From: Pedosphaera sp.
Lineage (GTDB): Bacteria > Verrucomicrobiota > Verrucomicrobiia > Limisphaerales > SIBH01
Reading direction: 5' to 3'
NCBI GenBank assembly: GCA_031414955.1
Contig: JANOQV010000142.1
Coordinates: 1-43,393 of the forward strand
Length of the DNA: 43,393 nucleotides
Positions 21,605 through 30,036 of this stretch are shown here, piece by piece. How positions within the stretch are numbered: position 1 is the first letter of the stretch; every line of letters begins with the position of its first letter. The notes beneath the pieces are model-generated. The model saw nothing but the letters and a program-made list of their open reading frames with translations, did not search any database and had not been told where the DNA came from. The position numbers and the translations under genes are program-made.

Positions 21605-21633
21605 ACCGTATCGGAGGATGCGTCGGCGCTCAA
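21605..21633 (-). promoter_or_regulatory. Putative promoter giving a leaderless mRNA for the TA-like pair
   Basis: TTGAGC (21633-21628), 17 nt, TACGGT (21610-21605), 6 nt, then ATG at 21598. Confidence 0.5.
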
Positions 21634-21689
21634 AGAAAATGTCACGGTGGAACCGGGCAGAAAACTGCCAGAGTGAAGTGCCGGAAGCC

Positions 21690-21761
21690 TGAGCGGGAAA
21701 GTGCTGAACGCCCGCGGCGTGCTGGAACTCACTCAGCGCGACCCAGCCCAACTCCTCGCCA
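21690..21761 (+). pseudogene. Displaced copy A' of the kinase tail (LSGKVLNARGVLELTQRDPAQLLA)
   Basis: 66/72 identical to 20380-20451; three of five changed codons are synonymous. Confidence 0.9.
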
Positions 21762-21957
21762 GCCGCCGCCGCTCGGTGCATCGCTGTTCATGGCGGGAAA
21801 GGATTGAGACCGGAGCACGGAGCATCGTTCGCCCAGCGGGCCAGCGGTGTTCACATGGCCGGGCATCGTCCGGCACTCCGTCCACGGCTGGACGAATTGT
21901 TGGAGGGCCTGATCGGCGCGGCCAGTGGCCCGGGGCGGGCGTGGTTTCGGTCCGTGC

Positions 21958-23502
21958 TCAGGCGAACACGATCCGGCACACGATGACGGAGGCGACGATG
22001 CCGGCCACGTCGGCCAGCAGCCCGGCGGCCACGGCGTGGCGCGCGCGCTTGACCGCCACGGAGCCGAAGTAAACCGCCAGCACATACAAGGTCGTCTCGG
22101 TGCTGCCGATGATGGTGCCGGCGGTGCGGGTGATGAGGTGGTCGGGGCCGAAGCGGTTGATCAATTCGATGAACAGGGCGGTGGTGCCGCCGCCGCTGAT
22201 CGGGCGCATCAAGGACAGGGGGAGCAATTCGCCGGGGAAATGGATGAGATCGAGCAGGGGGCGGGCGGCCTGTGTGATGACGTCGATGCAGCCGGCGGAC
22301 CGAAACATGAAGACGGCCACGAGCATGGCCACGACGTGCGGAATGATGGTGAGCACGACTTGGAAGCCTTCCTTCGCGCCTTCCACAAATTCCTCGTACA
22401 CCTTGAGTCCGCGCAGCGCGCCATAGAGCGGGAAGAAGGCCAGCAGCAGTGGAATGGCGAGGATGGAAACGGAGTCGATGGCCCGGAGTCCGCCGGATTT
22501 GTGGCGCTCCACTTTCTCCGCGTGAACGAGCGCGCCGACGGGACCGGCGGCTTCCGCCCGCAACTGGGACGTGAGGTCGCCCGCCTTGGGGCAAGATGGG
22601 GGATGGGCCCGGGCGATGACGCTGGTGGTGCCGTCGTCGAGGAGCAAGGTCAGGTTGGTGGCGCTTTCCGCGAGCACGCGCGCCTGCACGGTCGGGCCAG
22701 TCCGGCCATGGTCACAGAAGACGACGCGGGCCTGGCCCATCGGTACCTGGCCGCTGGGAAAAGTCATGGCGTAGAAAATCCAAACTGCGACCGCAGCCAG
22801 CGCGAGCAGGAGCAACCGGCCCGGCCAGCCGAGGGGGCGAAGGATGGGGGCCGCTTCCAAGGGCGATGATTCCTCGTCCGGGGCTGCGTCGGTGGAGGTG
22901 GCGGCGGGCGATGGTGGCAGCCGGAACCAGCGTAACTTTTCCAGGGTCTTCACGGAGATCAACCCCACGAGGGTGGAAACCGTGGTGGCCACCAGGGCCG
23001 TGCCGATGATGGCGGTGGGGCGCACGGAACCGGCGGCGGCCAGCATGGCGATCTGGTTGGCGGGGATGAGCTGGATGGAACTGGTGTTGATGGCGAGGAA
23101 CGTACACATGGCGTTGCTGGCCGTGCCGGGATGGGGATTGAGGCGCTGCAAGTCGCGCATGGCGCGCAGGCCGAGCGGGGTCGCGGCGTTGCCGATGCCG
23201 AGCATGTTGGCCGCCATATTCATCATCATGGAACCCATGGCGGGATGGTCGGGCGGGACATCAGGGAACAGCCGGCGCATGAGCGGACGAATGCCGCGGG
23301 CCAGCAACTGGATCAGCCCGGCCTTCTCGGCCAGGCGCATGACGCCGAGCCACAGGGCCATGACGCCGATCAGTTTGAGCGCGATCTCGACGGCTTTTTC
23401 CGCGCCCTTGATTCCTTCCTGAGCGACTTCATCCATGTGATGGGTGAAGCCGCCGAAGAGGACCGCGCAAAGAATCAACCCAAGCCAGATGTAGTTGAGC
23501 AC
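21958..23502 (-). CDS. Fused SpmA/SpmB-like nucleoside-recognition (Gate) domain membrane protein
   Basis: MLNYIW, LFPDVPPDHPAMG, ANMLGIGNAATPLGLRAM (SpmA half); YEEFVEGAKEG, RPISGGG, GSTETTLYVLAVYFGSV (SpmB half). Confidence 0.93.
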   Translation of the reverse strand: MLNYIWLGLILCAVLFGGFTHHMDEVAQEGIKGAEKAVEIALKLIGVMALWLGVMRLAEKAGLIQLLARGIRPLMRRLFPDVPPDHPAMGSMMMNMAANMLGIGNAATPLGLRAMRDLQRLNPHPGTASNAMCTFLAINTSSIQLIPANQIAMLAAAGSVRPTAIIGTALVATTVSTLVGLISVKTLEKLRWFRLPPSPAATSTDAAPDEESSPLEAAPILRPLGWPGRLLLLALAAVAVWIFYAMTFPSGQVPMGQARVVFCDHGRTGPTVQARVLAESATNLTLLLDDGTTSVIARAHPPSCPKAGDLTSQLRAEAAGPVGALVHAEKVERHKSGGLRAIDSVSILAIPLLLAFFPLYGALRGLKVYEEFVEGAKEGFQVVLTIIPHVVAMLVAVFMFRSAGCIDVITQAARPLLDLIHFPGELLPLSLMRPISGGGTTALFIELINRFGPDHLITRTAGTIIGSTETTLYVLAVYFGSVAVKRARHAVAAGLLADVAGIVASVIVCRIVFA

Positions 23503-23588
23503 GCCCCGAGGTACGCAACCCGCTCCTGAATGGCGAGCCGATTCTTCCGGGGTCGCCGTGTGCGTTCCGGACCCGCCACTTTCACTCG

Positions 23589-23794
23589 CACCCGCCTCTG
23601 GTCAGCGCGTTGGAGGTGGCGGGCACGAAGCCGTCCGGCCGGAGTGTGCCCGTCCCGGGCGCAGCCACGTCCGATCGCACGATGCCTTGGGGACAACCCC
23701 AGCACCTCGCCACGCTCGAGCTTGCTGCGCCCGAGGACGGGCGCACTCCGGGCCCGCCACGAATCAATCCCACCCGCCTCTGGTCAGCGCGTTG
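23589..23794. repeat. GGAG-type REP doublet flanked by a perfect 24-bp direct repeat
   Basis: CACCCGCCTCTGGTCAGCGCGTTG at 23589-23612 and 23771-23794. Between them are inverted arms 23639-23665 / 23724-23751 and GTGGCGGGC / GCCCGCCAC (23616-23624 / 23752-23760). Confidence 0.9.
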
Positions 23795-23835
23795 ACACCC
23801 GCGCGGCTTTGCTGTTTTCTCGCCGCGCTTTCAGA

Positions 23836-24999
23836 ATGAGTTCATCAGCTATGGGCAATCGACCAGCGGCCATCCTTCCCGGCGCGACCATTGGCGTTCT
23901 CGGGAGCGGCCAGCTTGGCCGCATGTTCGCCCTCGCGGCGCGCGAACTGGGCTATCGTATCCAGATTTTTTCCCCGGATCGCGACACGCCCGCCGGCTCC
24001 ATCGCGGATCACGAGTGGACGGCCCGTTATGACGACCTGGAACAGGTGCGGGCGTTCGCGCGCGGCGTGGCGGTGGTCACGTTCGAGTTTGAGAATGTGC
24101 TTTCGCTGACCACGGAGGCGGTGGCGGCTTTCGCGCCCGTGCGTCCGGACGGACGGGTGCTGCACCTCACGCAGCAGCGACTGCGGGAGAAATCCTTCCT
24201 GCACGAGAACGGTTTCCCGGTCACGCCCTTCCGCCGCGTCACCACGCTGGCCGAACTGGAGTCCGCCGCCCGGGAACTCGGCCTGCCCGCGGTGCTCAAG
24301 ACCGCGAGCTTCGGCTACGATGGCAAGGGGCAGACCAAATTGCGCGCCGGGACGGAACTGGCCGCCGCCTTCGCCGCGCTGAACGGGGCCGAGGGCATCT
24401 ACGAGGCGTTCGTGGATTTCGAAAAGGAAGTTTCCGTGATTGCCGCGCGCACTTGGAGCGGTGAGTGCAAGGCGTTTCCGGTGTTTGAGAATTTGCACGC
24501 GAATCACATCCTCGACCTGACCTTCGCGCCCGCCGCGCTGCCAGCCACCTTGGCGCGCGCCGCGGAGGATCTGGCGCGCGGCATCCTGGAAAAACTCGAA
24601 GTCGTCGGCCTGCTCACGGTGGAGTTGTTTGTCACCCGCGATGGACGCCTGCTGGTCAACGAACTCGCGCCGCGCACGCACAACTCCGGGCACCTGACCA
24701 TCGACGCCTGCGTCACGAGCCAGTTCGAGCAGCAGGTGCGCGCGGTCTGCGGGCTGCCGCTCGGATCGACAGAACTGAAACGCCCCGCCGCCATGGCGAA
24801 TTTACTCGGTGACGTCTGGGGCGGCGGCGAACCCAACTGGTCCGCCGCGCTCGAAGACCCGCTGGTCAAGCTGCATCTCTACGGCAAGGCCGAAGCCCGC
24901 GCGGGCCGTAAGATGGGCCACCTCACGGCGACCGGGGCGACGATTGAGGAAGCGATCCAGCGCGTGACCCAGGCGCGGGAGCGTCTGGGGCGGCGCTGA
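23836..24999 (+). CDS. purK: N5-carboxyaminoimidazole ribonucleotide synthase
   Basis: IGVLGSGQLGRM, VVTFEFENV, KTASFGYDGKGQ, NELAPRTHNSGH, SQFEQQVRA, HLYGKAEARAGRKMGH. Start at ATG 23836 or 23851. Confidence 0.97.
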   Translation: MSSSAMGNRPAAILPGATIGVLGSGQLGRMFALAARELGYRIQIFSPDRDTPAGSIADHEWTARYDDLEQVRAFARGVAVVTFEFENVLSLTTEAVAAFAPVRPDGRVLHLTQQRLREKSFLHENGFPVTPFRRVTTLAELESAARELGLPAVLKTASFGYDGKGQTKLRAGTELAAAFAALNGAEGIYEAFVDFEKEVSVIAARTWSGECKAFPVFENLHANHILDLTFAPAALPATLARAAEDLARGILEKLEVVGLLTVELFVTRDGRLLVNELAPRTHNSGHLTIDACVTSQFEQQVRAVCGLPLGSTELKRPAAMANLLGDVWGGGEPNWSAALEDPLVKLHLYGKAEARAGRKMGHLTATGATIEEAIQRVTQARERLGRR

Positions 25000-25075
25000 T
25001 CTCGATTCGATTTGCTTCGCTCGGACATTCCACTCCCGCCTCGACTTTCGAGGTTGCCCACGGACAATCCCGCGC

Positions 25076-25663
25076 ATGGCAAGAACCAATTCTACGATGC
25101 TGCTGCTGGGCACGGCCGCGCCGGACTTCGCGCTCCCGGACGCAGTCACGGGCCAGACCGTCGTCCTCGGCGCTTTCAAAAATTCCTCGGCGCTTCTGGT
25201 GGCGTTCCTTTGCAACCATTGCCCGTACGTGAAGCATGTGCAGGCCGGATTGGTGGCGCTGGCCAAGGACGTGCAATCGCGCGGCGTGGGGGTCGTGGCC
25301 ATCAGTTCGAACGACGTGGCGAACTTTCCCGACGACAGCCCGGAGAAGATGCGCGACGAGGCCCGGCGCGCGGGCTACACCTTTCCCTATCTCTACGATG
25401 AGTCGCAGTCCCTGGCGCGCGCCTATCGCGCGGCCTGCACCCCGGATTTCTTCCTCTTCGACGGAGCGATGCGCCTGGTTTATCGCGGGCAGATGGATGA
25501 TGCGCGTCGGGGCAACGATCTGCCTGTGACCGGAGCCAGTCTGCGCGCGGCGGTGGAGGCGGTGCTGATGGGCCAGCCCGTGGCTCCGACTCAAGTCCCC
25601 AGCCTGGGTTGCAACATCAAGTGGAAGGCTGGCCACGAGCCGGAGTATTTCAATTTGATCTAG
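25076..25663 (+). CDS. Thioredoxin-fold redoxin (AhpC/TSA-like) family protein
   Basis: APDFALPD, CNHCPYV, FPYLYDESQ, ACTPDFF, YRGQMDD and SLGCNIKW motifs. Confidence 0.93.
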   Translation: MARTNSTMLLLGTAAPDFALPDAVTGQTVVLGAFKNSSALLVAFLCNHCPYVKHVQAGLVALAKDVQSRGVGVVAISSNDVANFPDDSPEKMRDEARRAGYTFPYLYDESQSLARAYRAACTPDFFLFDGAMRLVYRGQMDDARRGNDLPVTGASLRAAVEAVLMGQPVAPTQVPSLGCNIKWKAGHEPEYFNLI

Positions 25664-25737
25664 CAATCAGGGATCGGTGCGGGGTGCTCCGTCGTATCAA
25701 CTCCCGTTCACTCCCACCAATTGTTCGCTCTCTCACC

Positions 25738-26682
25738 ATGAACTCTCATCTCCGCCACCATCTCGCCCTCGAAATCGGCGGCACCAAGCTGCAACTCTTT
25801 GTCGGCGATCACACCGGGCAGATCCTCCAACGCTGGCGCTATGACGTGGACGCGGCCTGCGGCGGGGCCGGCATCCGGGCGCAGATCGAAACCGCCTTGC
25901 CGGACATTCTCCGGGCGCACGAAATTGGGGCCGTCGGCGTGGGTTACGGCGGGCCGGTGGACTGGCGGACCGGCCGCATCTGCTGTTCGCACCAGGTCGA
26001 AGGCTGGGCGGATTTCCCCCTTGGAGACTGGCTGCGCGAGCGCACGGGCCGGCCGGTGTTCATCGACAACGATGCGAATTGCGGTGCGCTCGGCGAAGCG
26101 GTCCGCGGCGCAGGGCAGGGGAGCAATCCCGTCTTTTACGTGACGCTCGGGAGCGGCGTGGGCGGAGGGCTGGCGGCCGACGGGAAGATTTTTCATGGCG
26201 CGAAACCCGGCGAATCTGAACTCGGCCATGTGCGGCTCGACAAGAGCGGCACGATTGTGGAGCACCGCTGTTCAGGTTGGGCGGTGGATAAAGCCGTGGT
26301 GGCCGCCGTGGGTGACAATCCAGCCTCGGCCCTGGCGCGCGCCGCTGTCGGGATGGCGCAAGGCCAAGCCCGCGCCTTGATCCCGGCCTTGCGAGCGAAT
26401 TGCCCCTGGGCCCAGCGCATCCTCTCGGCCCTGGCGGACGACCTGGCCTTTGGCCTCTCCCACGTCACGCACTTGATTCATCCGGAGGTGATCGTGCTGG
26501 GCGGCGGCCTCTCGTTGATGGGGGAACCGCTGCGCGAGGCCGTGGCGGCGGCCCTGCTTCAATACCTTATGGAGGCGTTCGCGCCCGGTCCACGCGTGGC
26601 GCTGGCCGCTTTGCGGGAAGACGCCGTGCCGGCGGGCGCATTGCTCCTCGCGGAAGGGAGCGCGGACATCCGGGCCTGGTGA
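25738..26682 (+). CDS. ROK family sugar kinase
   Basis: LEIGGTK, GVGYGGPVD, DNDANCGALGE, TLGSGVGGG, ELGH and VIVLGGG motifs; no HTH. Confidence 0.92.
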   Translation: MNSHLRHHLALEIGGTKLQLFVGDHTGQILQRWRYDVDAACGGAGIRAQIETALPDILRAHEIGAVGVGYGGPVDWRTGRICCSHQVEGWADFPLGDWLRERTGRPVFIDNDANCGALGEAVRGAGQGSNPVFYVTLGSGVGGGLAADGKIFHGAKPGESELGHVRLDKSGTIVEHRCSGWAVDKAVVAAVGDNPASALARAAVGMAQGQARALIPALRANCPWAQRILSALADDLAFGLSHVTHLIHPEVIVLGGGLSLMGEPLREAVAAALLQYLMEAFAPGPRVALAALREDAVPAGALLLAEGSADIRAW

Positions 26683-26740
26683 TCGTTGGTGAAGGGAGAA
26701 AAAAATTTTCCGACGGCGCGGTGAGTCCGCCTGCGCCGGC

Positions 26741-27565
26741 TCACAGCCCGGCAAACGTCTTCAGATACTTCACCGCGACAATCATGTCTTTTGGCCACGG
26801 GGCGGTGATGTGGATCATCTCGCCCGTGACGGGGTGAGGAAGGGAGAGTTGTTCCGCGTGCAAGGCCACGGTGGAGATGAGCGGGCGCTCCTCCCGATCT
26901 TCGCGGCCTCGGTACTTGCGCTTGATCGCGGAGAGCAAAAGTTTTTCACCGTGGTAAAGGACATCGCCCAGGATGGGCGTGCCGGCGTGGCGCAGATGCA
27001 CTCGAATCTGGTGCGGGCGGGCGGTGAGGGGTTGGCATTTCAGCAGCGTGTAGCCGCGCCAGCGCGTGAGGACCGAGAACCGTGTCCGCGACTGCTTGCC
27101 GCGCTTTGACTCCACGCGCATCAGTCCGGGGATGGAGGGGTGGGGGGCGATGGACTCATCCACCTCAAACTCATCCGTCGCCGGGCTGCCCTGCACGAGG
27201 GCGATATAAAGCTGATCCGGCTGCTCCGCGCCAAACATGTCGGCCACCGTCACCAGGGTTGGCTTGTTCTTGGCCAGCAACATCACGCCGGTGGTTTCGA
27301 AATCGAGACGATGGGCGTTGGCTAGATAAGTCAGGCCGCGCTGGCTCGCCCAGGGCTTGGCTCCCGCGATGCCTTCGTGCAGGAGTCGCATGAGGTTGGG
27401 GCGGTGGGCGTCGTTGCGATCCGGCGAAGCGAGCAAACTGGCCGGCTTGTTGAGGGCCAGCAGGTGCTCGTCTTCAAACAGAACCGGAATCTCCCAAAAC
27501 TCCTTGGTGGCCGGAGCGGAGAGTTTGATCGGCGGAGCAGGCGGATTGGGTGCGGGAAGGTTCAT
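26741..27565 (-). CDS. RluA-family RNA pseudouridine synthase
   Basis: LFEDEHLLALNKPA, HRLDFETTG (catalytic Asp), HQIRVHL, PILGDVLY and LHA motifs; no S4 domain. Confidence 0.93.
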   Translation of the reverse strand: MNLPAPNPPAPPIKLSAPATKEFWEIPVLFEDEHLLALNKPASLLASPDRNDAHRPNLMRLLHEGIAGAKPWASQRGLTYLANAHRLDFETTGVMLLAKNKPTLVTVADMFGAEQPDQLYIALVQGSPATDEFEVDESIAPHPSIPGLMRVESKRGKQSRTRFSVLTRWRGYTLLKCQPLTARPHQIRVHLRHAGTPILGDVLYHGEKLLLSAIKRKYRGREDREERPLISTVALHAEQLSLPHPVTGEMIHITAPWPKDMIVAVKYLKTFAGL

Positions 27566-27608
27566 GCCGCGTTCAAAGTGCAATCATTCCGCCCGGCCCA
27601 GAGCCGAT

Positions 27609-29300
27609 TCAAGCGCCCGGACGGCGGGGACTGGCCTGCCGGAGCGGCAGTTTGGCCCCCTCGATTTGCTTGTTAAACCAGATGTCGAACAGCTCGTTCT
27701 GCTTCTGGTAGCGCAACTGGGAGGTGAACTTGGGCAGTTCAACGCGCAGCTTGGCTTCATCGAAGGGGATTTTGGCCCGCACATGCAGGAGATAGCCACC
27801 CTCGGGCGGGTTCATGATGTAATCGCTGATCTTGCCGGGTTCGAGCGAGAGCGCCACGCCCTTGAGCCGGCGGATGTCGAGTCGCTCCTCGAGATTGGTG
27901 ATCGACTCGGTGGCCCGCGAGATGGGCGGCAGCGCCTCGGCCTTGAGGTTCGCCTGCTGGGCCAGTTCGGCGAAGGACTTGCCTTTGGCCAGATCGTTGG
28001 TGGCGCGGGCCACGAAGTTGGTCGCATCGGTGCGGGTCAGGCTGAAGGCGTTCATGCGGCGATAATCCTCTTCGACCTGTTTCTTCACCTCGTCGAAGGA
28101 CTGGGCGCGTCCGGGGATCATGTCCTTGAGCGCGATGAGATACATGGCGTGCTGGCCGGGAACGGGCTGGAAGGAAATCGGATTGTTCGTCGCGTTGAGC
28201 GAGAAGGCGATGCGGGTGAACATGGGCGAGACATCGAGATTGGTCGGGCCTTGCTCCATGTCGAAGGGAACGGTGATCTGAGTCTTCAGACCTTCCGCCG
28301 CCGCGACATTGTCCAGCAAGGTGGCCAGGATTTGGCGGCCCGGGTCATTGCCCTTCGTGGCTTCGTCATAAACCTTGTTGGCAAACTCGTTGGCCCGCTT
28401 GTTGGCGAAGCCGAGAGCCATTCGCTCCCGCTGATCGTCCTTGATCTGCGCCAGGGCGGCGCTCTCCGACAACGGCACCCCATTGGTGTCCTTGAAGGCA
28501 TTCGTCCCGCCGGACTTGATGTACATCTCCCGCAACTGCAACTCCAAGTTGGTCACGGTCGCAAACTGCTTGTCCGCCTCGGCGTAAAAGTTCGTCTTGG
28601 GAAACTCCACGTAGCTCACCCGCAACCTGTCCGGCACGCGGTAGGTCGATTGGCGCAGGGTGAAGAAGTTCGACAGCGCCCCATTGGTGATGGCGACCTT
28701 GCCAAGATAGTTGGAGATGTTGAAGAAGATGATGTCGCCGCCGACTTCCTGATGGTCGCGGCGATACAGCGCCTCGGCTTCGGCCGGGGTGATGAGCCGG
28801 CCCGCCGCGCCCACTACCGTGCTCAGTTGTTGAATCACGGCGTCGTGGCGGACAAAACGCTCGAAGTCATCCGCCGAGAGGCCGTTCGGCTGGAGCACTT
28901 CCTTCTCGAACTTGTCGAGCGGAAAATCGCCCAACAGGCGCTTGGCCAGCGTGGCCACCGTGTCGGACGACACGCGCACGCCGGCTTCCTCGGCTTTGGC
29001 CACGCGCAGCAAGCGCAGCCAGGCCTGGTTGTCCTTGTCAAAACCCATCTGCTGGGCGCGCTCGGAATCCTGCTCGGGCCACTTGCGGAAATTCAGGAAG
29101 TACAACAGGTCCACTTCGCGCAGCGCCTCCTTGAGCATGGTCGGCGTCACCGTCTTGCCATTCAACACCGTCGCCTGCTCGCCCATTTGAGACCCCCCAC
29201 CGTTGGGGCGTTGATCAACCCAGTAGAGCAGGCTGATAATCATCAGCACGACGATGATGGCCCAGAGCCAGCTTTGGTGACGGCGAATCGTTCCGAACAT
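27609..29300 (-). CDS. SurA N-terminal domain / PpiD-like periplasmic folding chaperone
   Basis: MFGTIRRHQ plus N-terminal TM anchor, LNGKTVT, SFDEVKKQVEEDY, GKSFAELA and PGKISD patterns typical of PpiD/SurA-like proteins. Confidence 0.8.
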   Translation of the reverse strand: MFGTIRRHQSWLWAIIVVLMIISLLYWVDQRPNGGGSQMGEQATVLNGKTVTPTMLKEALREVDLLYFLNFRKWPEQDSERAQQMGFDKDNQAWLRLLRVAKAEEAGVRVSSDTVATLAKRLLGDFPLDKFEKEVLQPNGLSADDFERFVRHDAVIQQLSTVVGAAGRLITPAEAEALYRRDHQEVGGDIIFFNISNYLGKVAITNGALSNFFTLRQSTYRVPDRLRVSYVEFPKTNFYAEADKQFATVTNLELQLREMYIKSGGTNAFKDTNGVPLSESAALAQIKDDQRERMALGFANKRANEFANKVYDEATKGNDPGRQILATLLDNVAAAEGLKTQITVPFDMEQGPTNLDVSPMFTRIAFSLNATNNPISFQPVPGQHAMYLIALKDMIPGRAQSFDEVKKQVEEDYRRMNAFSLTRTDATNFVARATNDLAKGKSFAELAQQANLKAEALPPISRATESITNLEERLDIRRLKGVALSLEPGKISDYIMNPPEGGYLLHVRAKIPFDEAKLRVELPKFTSQLRYQKQNELFDIWFNKQIEGAKLPLRQASPRRPGA

Positions 29301-29325
29301 AAAGAGTTTAGAAAATTGAGCGCGC

Positions 29326-29355
29326 ACCGTAGCCACCCTCGCAACCGTGGGTCAA
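29326..29355 (-). promoter_or_regulatory. Putative promoter of the SurA/PpiD-like gene
   Basis: TTGACC (29355-29350), 18 nt, TACGGT (29331-29326), ending 25 nt before the ATG. Confidence 0.5.
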
Positions 29356-29655
29356 ACGCAAAATCGGGAAGATTGGCTTGTCGGGCGTACCGCAGGGGCT
29401 GTTGGTTGACTCCCCGCCTCTTCCGGAATGCGAATCTGTCCTGGGCCACGGCGCTCGAATTGGGAAAACGCACCGGATGTCAGCGAGCCTTCGGACTGGC
29501 TTGGCCTGCTTTCGGGACAAAACCAAACCGACCGGCCGCAGCTTGGGCCACACTTCCTCCACTTGCCCCCTTGGTCCTAGCCCGTCCCGACCAGTGTGAT
29601 TTGGCCGTGCCTGGCGGGTCCTCCGGGTTGGAGTCGTTCCTTCGAGGCTGCCGGC

Positions 29656-30036
29656 TCAGGCGGTGCCGTTCGTGTTGCGTTCGATCATCGCCACAATCTC
29701 CTCCACCGTGGCTGGCTTGGTCAGGCAAGGGCGGCCGGAAATAATTCCGTCCATTTCTTCCAGGCGCCGGCGTTGCACGGCGGCGGTGAGGAAGACGATG
29801 GGCACATCTTTCAACGCCGGGTCAGCCTCGAACTGGGCCGCGACATTTCCGCCCGGCAGGCGGGGCATGATGATATCGAGCAGCATCAGGTCAGGCCGGA
29901 ATTCCTGCCCATTGGCCAGCGCGTCCTCGGGCCAGTTCACCACCCGCACTTCGTAGTTGCCGGTCTGCTCCAGGTTCAGTTTCAACAAGGTGGTGAAGCT
30001 CTTTTCATCATCCACCAGGAGGATTTTCTTTTTCAT
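29656..30036 (-). CDS. Single-domain response regulator (CheY-like)
   Basis: KILLVDD, PDLMLLDIIMP, PIVFLTA and LTKP motifs; overlaps the 3' end of the kinase. Confidence 0.93.
   Translation of the reverse strand: MKKKILLVDDEKSFTTLLKLNLEQTGNYEVRVVNWPEDALANGQEFRPDLMLLDIIMPRLPGGNVAAQFEADPALKDVPIVFLTAAVQRRRLEEMDGIISGRPCLTKPATVEEIVAMIERNTNGTA

Noticed and set aside
23589..23794. 24-bp direct repeats as a mini CRISPR array
   Set aside because: Only two copies, a 158-nt palindromic spacer, and no cas genes.
27357..29744. Long antisense ORFs (795 aa here; also 127-1323, 1360-3186, 7608-9308, 16365-18143, 34401-36266, 42172-43299)
   Set aside because: They lie opposite well-supported genes and have no recognisable motifs; typical shadow ORFs of high-GC coding DNA.
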